Below, piece by piece: positions 40,123 through 53,047 of a stretch of 64,000 nucleotides of DNA. The notes under the pieces were generated by a model. That model searched no databases. It was not told the DNA's origin and saw only the letters and a list, made by a program, of their open reading frames with translations. The stretch comes from an uncultured Planctomycetaceae bacterium. Its GTDB lineage: Bacteria; Planctomycetota; Planctomycetia; Pirellulales; PALSA-1355. Made by a program: the position numbers and the translations under genes. The DNA lies in NCBI GenBank assembly GCA_963785305.1, contig CAWAUV010000008.1, forward strand, positions 1,344,001 to 1,408,000. Direction: 5' to 3'. Position 1 is the first letter of the stretch. Each line of letters begins with the position of its first letter.

Positions 40123-42174
40123 TCAGCGCACCGCGGTCGCTTGAGACGCGGCGGCTTGCAGTCGTCCCACCACGTCAAGATGTTCGATCACGCACGCCAG
40201 TCGGATGTCGGCTGGCTGGGCAAATTCGCCCTCGAGAATCACGGCCCCGCCCGGACAGACGCTACGGCCCAGCGAGGCCAGATCGATCCATTCGGCGATG
40301 CGCCAAGTGGGCATTCCAGCGGCGTCGCGCCGCGTGATTGCGATCGCCAGTTGGTCGCGCTCGGCCGAGCGGCCCGCATAGCTGCCCGAGAGATAGAGGC
40401 GAAAACGCCGGGCGCCGAAGGGCGGCTCGCTTTTCGACACGCTTTTCGGGGCGCTCGACGGGCGCTCGACGGCAGCGCGCCACTTCCGGTTTCGCCGGGA
40501 GCGGCGGGGGCATCGCGTTCGCTGGAACCGCTCTTCAGTTCAGGCGGCGCTACCTCGCCGAGCACCACATAGGCCCAGTCCAGGTTCGGCCATAGGTCGT
40601 TCATGACAAAGGTCGGCGCCGGAATCGAATCGGGCGTGAAGCGCCGCGTGAGCCAGTCGGGCGTCGGCTCGCCGATGACGGTGTAGGTCAAGCGCCCTAG
40701 TGTCTTGGAAAAATGGCCGCCGGCTCGATCGGGCCCGCCGCACATCCAGGGATGCGACTGCGCCGACCAGATCGTCGCTCCGGCCGGCGCGATGTCGAAC
40801 AGCCCATCATGGCAGGCGGCTTCCACCAGCGCCATGGCCTTGGTCGTGGGGTCGGCGTTCATTCGCGCGGCGACGGTCGTGTTGGTGTCGTAGGTGAGCA
40901 TCGCCAAAAGTCCGTTGAACACGACGATGACGCCGGAGAGCGCCGGCCAAGCCCGCGGCGCGCGGCGCCAAGCGAGCAAGACCCCGGCCACGATCAACAT
41001 CGCCATGCCGAAGTATTGCAGGAACACCGGCAAGTAGCCGAGCCCGAGCCCGATGACTTCTTGATACTTGGGCGAGAGGGCGATCATGGCGCCGGGCAGA
41101 ATCCAGATCACGCTCCCAACGATCGCGAGCATGGCCAGCGATGGTCGCCGCCTGGCAGCGGCGGGATCGTCGGGGGCGAGGCTCATCAAACGCGTGAATT
41201 GGCGAAGATATAGCCACGAAAGCGATGCGGCGGCGGCGAGCATCGCCCAGTTTTGCCAGGAGCCCACGAGCCGCCGCTCCCACATATTGTCGACCCGATG
41301 CGAGCTGAGCAGCGAATAGCTGGCCGGCAAAGCCGACGATGCTTGCAACAAGGTGGCGCTCGAGACCGTCGGAGAGATCATAGTTCGGCAAATAGGCCGA
41401 GCCCTCCTGCCAAACCGACTGATAACGGACACCGAGCGTGAACGACAAGAGCGTGATAATCAGCGCGAAATGCGGCTGGCAAGGCGCGAGCCCTCGCCGC
41501 CAACCGCCGCGATGGGCGCGGCTCATCGCCCAAAAAACCGGCGCGATCATAAAGGCGACTTCATAGGTGAGCAGCGCTCCGGCAAAGGCCAAGACGCTCA
41601 GCGCGAGCCAGCCCAGCCGACGCGAGCCGAGATAGTATTCGAAGGCCAGCATCGCCGAAAGAATCTCGCCGACGAGCGTGGGCATCAGACCGGCGAATTC
41701 GAGAATCGGGTCGTGGAACATGCGAAGCTGAAACAGCAGCGTCAGAAACAAAGTTGCCAGACTCGCGATCGGCGGCTCCAAACGCCAGGCGCGCAGCAAG
41801 CGATAAAACAGCGCCAAATCCATCAGCAGCAGCGCGAACACCAGCGTGTGAAAAGCGGCGGCGCTCTTGGCCAAGCAATGCACGCCATAGCTCAGCGCCA
41901 GCGCAATCGGATAAACACGGCCCGTGCAAAGATAGCCATGAATCTCTTGCGTCAGGAATTCCCAGAGGGTGATGCCCCGTAGCATGAGATAGCCGGGCGC
42001 GTTGGCGTTGAGCAGATCGTCGCCGCCATAGCCTTCGATGAATTGCGGCGAGAGAAATATCGCCGCGAATACGAGCCCGCCGAGGATCCCCACATGTCGC
42101 TCGGCCCAGGCGACCAGCACCCGCGCTTGTCGTCGGCGCCGATCGAGCACGTTCGCTAGCAAGGCTGGCGGCAT
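40123..42174 (-). CDS. Multi-pass membrane protein, GT-C glycosyltransferase-like (frameshifts ~41355, ~40445)
   Basis: GDD motif after the first TM, GRVYP, LLTYE, about 10 or more TM segments; currently read in frame with the upstream S26 ORF. Confidence 0.6.
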
Positions 42175-42382
42175 AAGGGTTTCGTCGCTGGCTGGCGGGG
42201 TTGGCTGGGCAGAAGCGCGGTTCGAGCCGGGATTCCGCGTCGCCTGGGGGGGCGGGATCATAGCAAGGGCCGCCAAATCGCGACAAGCTCGAAATTCCTC
42301 GGGAAATAGCCAACAACGGCCAACAACGGCCAATCGTGCGCCAAATCCCTCGCCGCGCGAACTCAGGCGCCCCCCAAACGTC

Positions 42383-43842
42383 AGTGATTGCGCTCGGGGC
42401 ACACGAATCGCCGGTCCGATGAGCCGTGTTCTCCCGCCGGCGTCGGGAGGCCAAACCCGACTGTCCTGCGACCACGCTGTATTGTCGCCCAGGAAGAAGC
42501 ATCGATCGGCCTCGAGACGCCACCGGCCCGGAATATTGCCCGGGACGGTTGCTTGCGAGGCGCGGGGTCCGGCGGCGCTCTCGGCTTCGGGCGCCGCAAG
42601 ATAATAGATATCGCGCAGCACCCGGAGCTCGTCGATCGCGGCCTGGGCGTCTTTCCATGCGTCGCCGGTGGTTTCCTCTCCGGGCGAAGCGCTTGGCATC
42701 ACACCGATCGAGACCGGCGCCTCCGGCGGTGGGCGATCGGTTTCGTGGATCGCGTAGGCATGGGCGAACAACGTCGCGTGGTTCATGGCCACCAGCAGTC
42801 GGCCATCGCATTGGGCGAATTCGATGGTTGCTCCAGGGCGAAAGGCGGCGGGAATCGGAGCGCGTTCGACCACTTGGCTTGCCGGCGCGTTGCCCGGCGA
42901 TGGCGCGTTGCTTGGCAACGGCGTTTCGTTCGGCGGCGCAAGTTGCGCGAGCCGGCATTCACCATGCGCCATGTCCCAGTGAATTTCGAATGCATCGCGA
43001 CCGTCGTCGATGCGGGCCAGCCAGTCGGTGTTGCGAGAATGCCCCGCGCGAAAGCTCACCAGCAGATCGGGCGCCGGAGTCAGCGGGCGCGATTCGGCTT
43101 GTTCGTAGGCGTTGTCGTCGAGCACTGGGCCGGGCATCGCGGGCAAGCCGGGCGCCCGCGGCGCTTGAACATGATGATAAATCAACCAATCCGGTTGATC
43201 GCGCTCCGGCTGATTGTGTTCATCGGCCGACAGGCGCCAGCCGCGGTCGGTCCGGCGCCAGTCGCTCTCGTTTCGCGCGGGGCGCCAGCCTTTCGCCGGA
43301 GTGTTTGGAAGCAATGACAATGCGCCGGCGGAAGCGTGGCATGGGTCGTCGTCGACAAGAATCGCCAGCGAACGGAGCGCGTCGAGGTCCTTTTGAGCGC
43401 GGCGGCCATCGATCCAAACATCGCCCGCGCGGATCTCGATCCGCTCGCCGGGCAGTCCCACGAGTCGCTTGACGGCCCAGGCCCGCGGATCGCACGGATC
43501 GACCAACACAAATGGCTGCCATCGCCGCGGCGTGAAAAACGTCCAGGCGGCGCGATCGACGATCAACCGTGCGCCCGGCCGCGGGGGAAAATCGGCGATG
43601 GGATTGTCGGGGAAATAGCAGTTCGGGCAGATCGCGTCGCCGCCGGGCGGCAGCCACTCGGAATCGCAAGGGAATCGCAGGCCGCAGGCGCGGCAAACGA
43701 TGTTCCGATGCGGACCCGGCAGGGCCGGCGCCATGCTCGCGCCCGCCACGACCACCGGGGCGAGCAGTCCGGCCACGAAAAAACAGTGTGCCACGATCGC
43801 CAGGATCAGAGCCACGACCAGGATTTCGATCAAGGCTCGCAT
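42383..43842 (-). CDS. S26 family signal peptidase paralogue with CxxC insertion (3' end uncertain)
   Basis: GASMAP, CRAC..CPNC, VKRLVGLPGE, LRDIYY, GDNTAWSQDSR; directly after lepA. Confidence 0.8.
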
Positions 43843-43871
43843 GATGAGCGATACCCGCGGAGCGAGACCGA

Positions 43872-45677
<1,806 letters not shown>

Positions 45678-45980
45678 GGCTATCCGTATGGGGGAGAAAA
45701 CGTCGTGATCGGCTCGCGGGCAAGTGGCGGTTGGCGGGGCGAGCGCGAGCGACTCCGCGGCGGGCATCGCACTGGCGGCCGTGATCGGCGGGGCCGCGCG
45801 ACCTTGCTATTATAGTCAATCGCCCCCCGGTCGGCCCGGGGGGCGACTGTTTCTAACACGATACTGCCTGGGGGCGTTTAGGCGCCAACCCAATATTCGC
45901 CCCGGGCGCGGGGGCGATCGCCCTTTTTGCCTCTTTCGCATGAGGCGCGGAACTCGGATTTTCCAGGGACTTTGCCAACG

Positions 45981-46019
45981 AAAAAAGCCTGCCCGAGACG
46001 TTGAAGTCTCGGGCAGGCT
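45981..46019 (-). terminator. Rho-independent terminator after the Cys-rich gene
   Basis: AGCCTGCCCGAGAC-TTCAAC-GTCTCGGGCAGGC-TTTTTT on the minus strand. Confidence 0.85.
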
Positions 46020-46047
46020 CGGTCATCCCCTCAGGAATCCAATCCGC

Positions 46048-47014
46048 TTAGTTGCGGCGGACCAGCTTGCTGCTGGTGCTGAGCACGTTGCTCCGGCGAT
46101 ACGAAGCCGAGGGATCGGCAGTCGGGGCCGGGGGCATCGGGGCAGCTTCTTCCGGAGCCGGGGCCGCGGCCGGAGCCGGGGCGCCGCCGGAGCAACCGCA
46201 GCTGGGAGCAGCCGCACAACCGCAGCTCGGATCAGCCGCACAGCCGCAGCTCGGAGCAGCGGCACAGCCGCAGCTCGAGGCACAGGCCGAGCAACCACCG
46301 CAGCATTTCTTCTTGCAGCACTTGTGCTTGATCCGGAAGCAATCGAGCAGGCAGGGCTTGTGGCAGCAGCTTCCGCAGGCCGGAGCAGCCGAACCACAGC
46401 TCGGTTCGCAAGCCGCGGTGCAGCCGGCGCCAGCGCCGTTGCAAGCGGGTTCGCAAGCCGGAGCCGAGCAGGCCGGAGCCGCACAAGCCGGAGCCGCACA
46501 AGCCGGTTCGCAAGCCGCGGCCGCACAGCCGCTGGTGCAACCCGAATTGCAACCCGAGTTGCAGCTCGAGGCAGCACTTGTGATGGCAGCACAGAGGTCC
46601 AATTTTCAGAGCCGGACCGCAGGGGCAATGGCAGTCAAACCAATCTTTCAGGCACGAGAACATCGGACGGCAGCACTTGTGGCAATGGCCGCAAGACGAG
46701 CCGCACGACGAGCTGCAGCTCGGCTCGCAAGCCGCGGTGCAACCAGCGCCGGCGCCGCACGAAGGAGCGCAAGCCGCTCCCGCACAGCCCGGATCGCATG
46801 CCGGGGCCGAGCAGGCCGGAGCGGCACAAGCCGGCGCCGCGCAGCTCGGTTCACAACCTTTATCGCATCCGCAGACCGGAGCGGCCGACGTGCAACACGT
46901 CGTGCATCCGCAGTCATTCAGACCCAACATGCGATCCAAGAGCTCAAATCCGTAGCTCTGGCCGCAGAGGCCTACGCTGACTACAAGCGCGCCCAAGACC
47001 ATGTTCCATTTCAT
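46048..47014 (-). CDS. Secreted cysteine-rich repeat protein (frameshift ~46570)
   Basis: Signal peptide MKWNMVLGALVVSVGLCGQSYG; AAGGAG RBS; about 60 Cys in CAAPA/CEPS/CGC repeats; Pro-rich tail. Confidence 0.8.
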
Positions 47015-47281
47015 CGAGCAACGTCTCCTTTGCATTGAACCGCGGCTGTCATGGACTTCGGCCGGAATGGCTGAGGCAGGCGCCGAGCGCAGGCGGGTAA
47101 GCCGTGCTTGTTCGGATTGCAGCCAGGTCGAAGTCAGGCGGGTTGTAGCCACGGTTCAAACGGTTTGTTTGCGTCAGATCCGGTCGAGCCAATCCTTGAC
47201 TCGAAACGTCCGATCCGGTGGTTCTGACGCACCCTGTACGTGCCGGCGATGGCACGTGATCCTCGGCGGGTGACACTAACC

Positions 47282-47309
47282 GTATCGGCCTTCCTAATCC
47301 GGCGCTTGA
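47282..47309 (-). promoter_or_regulatory. Putative sigma28-like promoter of the Cys-rich gene
   Basis: TCAAG-N15-GCCGATAC on the minus strand. Confidence 0.5.
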
Positions 47310-47711
47310 GAGTCCGTAAGTTAATTTCTCAGAGCACTTTATGCGCACTGTTGGGCAAACATTGCCGCGCGCATAAACCAGGAAAACCTTGCCGGTTGCA
47401 CCGCCCGCTGGCGCGCCTCCGTCCTTGCCGAGGCCGCAATCTCGGACGACAAAAACCACCGAAGCCGCAGAGTCGCCACACGATCGCTTACCGCCAACGG
47501 GAGCGGCTCACGCATGCAATCTCGCCCCAGCTTTCCAAACCCGCGCGAGCATTGCCACGTGTCGCTCGGCGCCGCGCGTTCGCGGCGCGTCGCCCCAGGG
47601 CGACGACTCGAACGAATAGATAAACATGGCGGGCGGCGGCGGGCTCCCCCAGCCACATTTGAGCCGCCTCGACGGGTTATACGCCTAGCAGCAGTCTGGG
47701 CGACTCGATGC

Positions 47712-49362
47712 TCAGGGCGCGGCGGTCGTGAGATGGGGCGCTCCGCCACGAGCCACCACGAGCCGCGGATGCTCGATGCCCGCCGGTTCGGTTGGCGCCT
47801 CGAGCTCGAGCTCGAGCCGCCCGACCATGCGGTCCAGGTCGGCAAGCACGACTTTATGAAACGGCCCAAAATGTTGATACTGGGCCGCGAGAATGCCCGC
47901 ATAGCGGAGCGCGCGCGGGTTGCGCCACCAAATCTCGACCATCGTGCACAAAAACGACCGCGATGCGTCGGCGCACACTCCCTCGCGCAGGATCAGGTTC
48001 AGCGCCTTTCGCGTCGCGCATGTGCCGCGAGAGCGGGGCGCACAACTTCTTTTGGCGGCAATTGAGTTCTCGAGCCATGCGCAGCACGCGGCCATAGTAG
48101 GCCGCGGGTGTGTAGATTTGAGCGAGCAAGGCGCGGTAGCCGCGCATGATCTCGTGCATCGGGCGAACGGTGCGGAAGTTCAGTCCCCAGACACACTGGT
48201 CGCCCACTTCGGTCTCGCCGATGAGTTCCCAGTTGGGTCGCAGCCGGCCCTCGCGCTCGAGGCGCCGGCTAAGCTGGGTGCCGGGCAGCGCGTAGAGCAT
48301 GCCCACCATGTTGACCGCCGTGGCGCTCGATTCGATCAGGTCTTGAATGGCGTTCGCCGCGCGAGGACTGTCGGTGTCGAAACCGAGAATGTAGCCGGTG
48401 TTGACATACATGCCAAACGCGTAGAGCTTGCGAATGCTCTCCGAGAGATCGCGGCGCATGTTTTGTTTCTTTTGCGTGTGCGCCAGCGTTTCTTCGTCGG
48501 GCGATTCGATCCCGGTGAACACCGTGGCAAAGCCGGCCGCTTGCATCAGACCGAGCATTTCATCGTCGTCGGCCAGATTGATAGACGCTTCGGTCGAGAA
48601 TTCAAATGGCCAGCCCTTGGCCTCTTGCCATGCCGCCAGCCGCGGCAGAAATTTCTTCACGTCGCGCTTGTTGCCGATAAAGTTGTCGTCGACGAAATCG
48701 ACATGCCCTCGATAGCCGAGCGCGTGCAGCGCGTCGAGCTCGGACAGCAATTGATCGGGTGTCTTGAGCCTCGGCACTCGGCCGAACAACTCGATGATGT
48801 CGCAAAACTCGCAAAGAAACGGGCAGCCGCGGCTCATCTGCACCGCCACATATAAATAGCGATCGAGCGTGAGCAGATCGTAGCGCGGACGAGGGGTCTT
48901 CGTCACGTCGGCTCGCAGGCCGCCGGGCTCGTAGCGATGGACCGCGCTGCCGGCGGCCAGATCGGCCAAAAAGCGGGGCAGCGTGAGCTCCGCTTCGCCC
49001 AGAACTTGATAATCGGCGTCGTCGTAGAGATGCGCGCTATTCGTGGCGTCGGGGCCGCCCACGACCACCCGCTTGTGCATCGCATGTGCCCGATCGATGA
49101 TCGAAAACACGCTCGGCTGCTGGGCCATCATGCCGCCCGTGAACACCAGATCGGCCCAGGCCAGATCGGCGTCGGTGAGCGTCTCCACATTGCAGTCGAC
49201 CAGCCGCACTTCCCAGTCGTCGGGCAACATGGCCGCCACGGTGATCAGCCCGAGCGGAATCGAGGGGTAACGGGCTCCCAAGGTTTCGCAGGTCGCCCGG
49301 AAATTCCAGAACGACATCAGTGTGAATTCTGGATACACGAGCAGGCAGCGAGTGCGTGGCAT
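47712..49362 (-). CDS. B12-binding radical SAM protein (DUF4070-type; frameshift ~48003)
   Basis: PLGLITVAAMLP, GGP, RGCPFLCEFCDI, DDNFIGN, TEASINLA, GFDTD. Confidence 0.9.
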
Positions 49363-49889
49363 TGCGGAAGCGCCGATTGTTGACCTTGGTGGTCGAAAAT
49401 ATCTCGGTCCCGATTCGGAAACGCCGGTCCCCGCGCGAAACGATGGCCCCGCGCTGGAGGACCGCGTGGAATGTATTGTGCTTGGCGAACTTTGATTTAC
49501 GAGCGAATTGCCCGCCAAACAGCGACATTTTCGCGAGATTTCAGGCGGAAACATCGTTGCGTCGCGGGGTCGATCGAGGCCCCTCGCGCCGAAGCCTGAA
49601 GGGCGCATCGACTTAAGGCGTTTTAGCGCGACGCTCGCGATAGGGGCCGCGTCGCGCTCCGTGGCAAGACGCCACCCGCGGCGGTGCTCAGAAACGCTAA
49701 ACGACGGCGCGATTCACGGCGAACGGCGCCCAAGAATTAGGAACGAAAGGTCGCGCCTCTATTTCCGGCGCGGGCGTCATGCGGGTTCTTGAGCCCCGCC
49801 GCCCGCCGTCTTATTATCGTGAAGCACAACCGCGCGCCCCCCGGCCCCCCACTGAGCACCCAACCCCGAATTCTCCCCGAGGTCACCCA

Positions 49890-51095
49890 ATGCCCACGCC
49901 TGCCCAACATCTTTTCTCCGCCATCGGCTTGGTCCGTTTGCCGCGAATCGCGATCTTGGCGATTGTCGCCGCGGGCGCCTTGAATTTCGCCATTGCGCGG
50001 GCCGACGAAGATTCCACGCACCCGATCGCCGCCAAGCTCCAGCCTTTTGTCGATCGCCATGTGTTGGCCGGCGCGGTGACGCTCGTGGCCAACAAAGACG
50101 CCGTGCTCGATGTCGAAGCCGTGGGCTATGCCGATATCGCCGCCGGCAAGCCGATGACGCCCGACGCGCTCTTCTGGATCGCCTCGATGAGCAAGTCGAT
50201 CACCGCCACGGCGCTGATGATCCTCGTGGACGAAGGCAAGGTGAAGCTCGACGATCCGATCGAAAAATATCTGCCCGAGTTTCGCGATCAATGGGCCACG
50301 GTGGAAAGCGATGGCGAGCACTTGCTGCTCAAGAAGCCGACGCCGGTGGTTACCGTGCGGCATGTGCTTAGTCACACATCCGGCATGCCGTTCAAAAGCG
50401 CTCTTGAAACTCCGACGCTCGATCTTCTGCCGCTGGCCTATCGAGCGCGAAGCTATGCCATGACGCCGCTCTTTGCCCAGCCGGGCACGAAATACCAATA
50501 CAGCAACGCGGGCATCAACACCGCCGGACGGATCATCGAGGTCGTGAGCGGCAAGCCCTACGAAACATTTCTCGACGAGCGACTGTTTCAACCGCTGGGC
50601 ATGAAAGACACCACCTTTTGGCCCAGCGGCGAGCAACTCACGCGGCTCGCCAAAAGCTACAAACCCAACGCCGCGCAAGACGGCCTCGAGGAGATCAAGA
50701 TCGGGCAACTCTACTATCCGCTCGATAGCCGAGCGAGGCAGCCGATGCCGGCCGGCGGTCTCTTTTCGACCGCCGCCGATCTGGGCGCGTTTTGCCGCAT
50801 GATTCTCGCCGAGGGCGAATTCGCCGGCCATCGCTATCTGTCGGCCGACGCGATCCATCAAATGGCCACGAACCAAACCGGCGAACTGCACGAGACCTAT
50901 GGCCTGGGCTGGTCGACAGGCCGCAAGCCGGGCGGATCGTTTGGCCACGGCGGCGCGTTTTCGACCAACATGTCGATCGAGCCGGAGAAGAATCTCACGC
51001 TCGTCTGGCTGGTGCAACACGCCGGCTTTCCGCAAAACGAAGGCGGCAAGGTCCAATCGGCCTTCAAAGACGCGGCATTCGAGAAATTCAAATAA
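49890..51095 (+). CDS. Serine hydrolase, beta-lactamase class C-like family
   Basis: FWIASMSK (SxxK), LSHTSG, YSN, HGG; signal peptide. Confidence 0.9.
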   Translation: MPTPAQHLFSAIGLVRLPRIAILAIVAAGALNFAIARADEDSTHPIAAKLQPFVDRHVLAGAVTLVANKDAVLDVEAVGYADIAAGKPMTPDALFWIASMSKSITATALMILVDEGKVKLDDPIEKYLPEFRDQWATVESDGEHLLLKKPTPVVTVRHVLSHTSGMPFKSALETPTLDLLPLAYRARSYAMTPLFAQPGTKYQYSNAGINTAGRIIEVVSGKPYETFLDERLFQPLGMKDTTFWPSGEQLTRLAKSYKPNAAQDGLEEIKIGQLYYPLDSRARQPMPAGGLFSTAADLGAFCRMILAEGEFAGHRYLSADAIHQMATNQTGELHETYGLGWSTGRKPGGSFGHGGAFSTNMSIEPEKNLTLVWLVQHAGFPQNEGGKVQSAFKDAAFEKFK

Positions 51096-51103
51096 CGAGT
51101 CTG

Positions 51104-51628
51104 CTAGCTCTTGGGTATCTCGAGCGGCAGCGCGCCGATTTCGGCGAAAATGCGTTCGGCCGCGTTCAATTGTTCCGCCGCGCTGGGCCCGGAGCTTTCG
51201 GCGGCGACGAGAATCTTGCCTTGGGCCACGGACTGCGAATAGTAGTCGGCCAGTTCCTTTTCCATGCCGCGGTGCATCATGGCGGCGATCAGCCCGCCCA
51301 CGAACCCGCCGCTCCACACGGCGATTCCGCCACTATAGAAGAGCGAGGCGCCCGAGGTGGCCAACGCGGCCGCGATGGTCGCCAGCCCGCCCACCGCCGC
51401 GCCAATGGCGCCGCCAGCGGCCACGACCGCCGTCGTGTCGCGGCCGCCCAGATGCTGATGCTCGAACTCGGCGAATTGGCGCTGCCGGGTTTCGTCGGAG
51501 CAGAGCACCGTGATATGGGCCGCGGTAAAGCCGGCTGCCTCGAGCGCCTCGACCGCGCGCTTGGCCCGCGACACCGTGGAAAAGATGCCGACTCGCAGGG
51601 GTGACTTTTCATGCGAAGTGAATGACAT
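51104..51628 (-). CDS. General stress protein-like small membrane protein
   Basis: VGIFST..AKRAVEALEAAGF..ITVL, Gly/Ala-rich hydrophobic hairpin, YSQSVAQGKILV. Confidence 0.7.
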   Translation of the reverse strand: MSFTSHEKSPLRVGIFSTVSRAKRAVEALEAAGFTAAHITVLCSDETRQRQFAEFEHQHLGGRDTTAVVAAGGAIGAAVGGLATIAAALATSGASLFYSGGIAVWSGGFVGGLIAAMMHRGMEKELADYYSQSVAQGKILVAAESSGPSAAEQLNAAERIFAEIGALPLEIPKS

Positions 51629-51732
51629 GGCGATGCGATTCCCCGACTGCGATTTCGTTTGCCAACCGGCTGCTAGGGCATTTCACCGGAAGCGCATTAT
51701 AGCAATCGACAGGCGATTGGCTCGCCGGCAGC

Positions 51733-52993
51733 TCACAAAATCGGCAGTTCGCGGGAACCGGTGCTGCTCGCGCTGCTGGGCACGGACTGCGGCCGCACTT
51801 TCTGGTAGGTTCCAAAATCGTTGAACCAGCGGCTCTTGGCAAATCGATAGGCCCAGCTTCGCTCCGGAATCTCGCCGCCCGGCGCATGTTGCGAGGGCCG
51901 CGGCCGCATCGCTTCGAGCTCGGCCACGGCTTGCTTGCGGGCCGTGGTGTCGCGGGCCGTGTGTCGGTCGACCAGCGATTTCAACAGGTCGGGCCGCTCG
52001 AGCACAATGCACCCTCGCGTGGCTTCAGCCGCCACCTGGCGAAAGTCTTGCAAGAAGGCCGAGCCGAGGAATTTGTCCTTGAGCGAGCCGGGCGAATGGA
52101 TCGACTCGGTGGCGAACTGCACGATCGGACAGGGCTCGATATCGCCCCAGGGGCTGATATGGTGGCTCAGTCCCGTGGCGGCCGGACACAGTGCCCGGCC
52201 GTCGTGGTCGTAGTAGGCGTCGATCACGCCGATCGGCTTCGTGGCCCGAATATCGACCACGAACTGTCGCGCTCTCCGCTGCTGCTCGGGAGTGAGGGCC
52301 AGTTCGGGGCGGGCATCGGGACCGACCGGGCGATAGGTGTGATACCAGACATAGAACACACCCATCGCGACCAGCCGATCGACCCAGGCGGGCGTCAGGA
52401 GATCGTCGATATTGGTTTGGCAGAGACTCGTGCAAACTCCGGTGATGAGTTTGTTGTCGAGGCAGCGTTGGAGCCCTTCGAGTGTCTTCGAGAGCACGCC
52501 CGTCCGCCCGCGACGCACATCGCTCGCGATCTCGGAGCCCTCGACGCTCACCAGCGGCGAGGCGTTGCCCAGCCGGCGCAAGCGACGGGCGATGTCGTCG
52601 GTGATTAGTTGGCCGTTGGTGAATATCTGAAAGTAGCAGTCCGGATGGGCGGCCACGATATCCAAGAGGCCGCGATGCATGAACGGCTCGCCGCCCAGGA
52701 GGCCGAAGAACCGATTGCCCATCGTCTTGGCTTCGTCGATCATTCGATTCACGGCCGGCAGGTCGATCTCCTGATGCTTGGCCGCCACATCGACCCAGCA
52801 GCCTTGGCAGCGAAGATTGCAGCTATTCACGAGCGAGATATAGAGAAAAGGAGGAAACACTTCGCCCCGCTTGAGACGCCGCTTGTGGAGCTCGACGCTC
52901 CACATGCCCTTGACGCCCATGTTCGAGCGCCAGCTTCCACAAAAGCCGCTTATCGGTTTCGACCAGCAGGCGGCGAGCCATTTTCAAATACAC
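51733..52993 (-). CDS. Radical SAM protein with SPASM/Twitch-like C-terminus (frameshift ~52925)
   Basis: CNLRCQGC, GGEP, CPAA..HISPWGDIEPCP; GTG start with GAGGAG RBS. Confidence 0.88.
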
Positions 52994-53047
52994 GCAAAGC
53001 TCCTCGCGCGAACAAGGGATTTTGGATTGCAATCGTGGCCGTCGGCG

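Noticed and set aside
46052..47038. Plus-strand Gln/Pro/Ala-rich ORF
   Set aside because: Antisense mirror of the Cys-rich gene; the RBS, signal peptide and terminator all support the minus strand
49890..51095. Bona fide antibiotic-resistance beta-lactamase
   Set aside because: Generic SxxK serine hydrolase family, abundant in planctomycetes; activity cannot be inferred
46048..52993. A RiPP cluster (Cys-rich precursor plus two radical SAM enzymes)
   Set aside because: The Cys-rich protein is ~320 aa with a Sec signal and its own promoter and terminator; no RRE, transporter or protease is linked; both radical SAM types usually occur stand-alone. Kept only as a weak alternative
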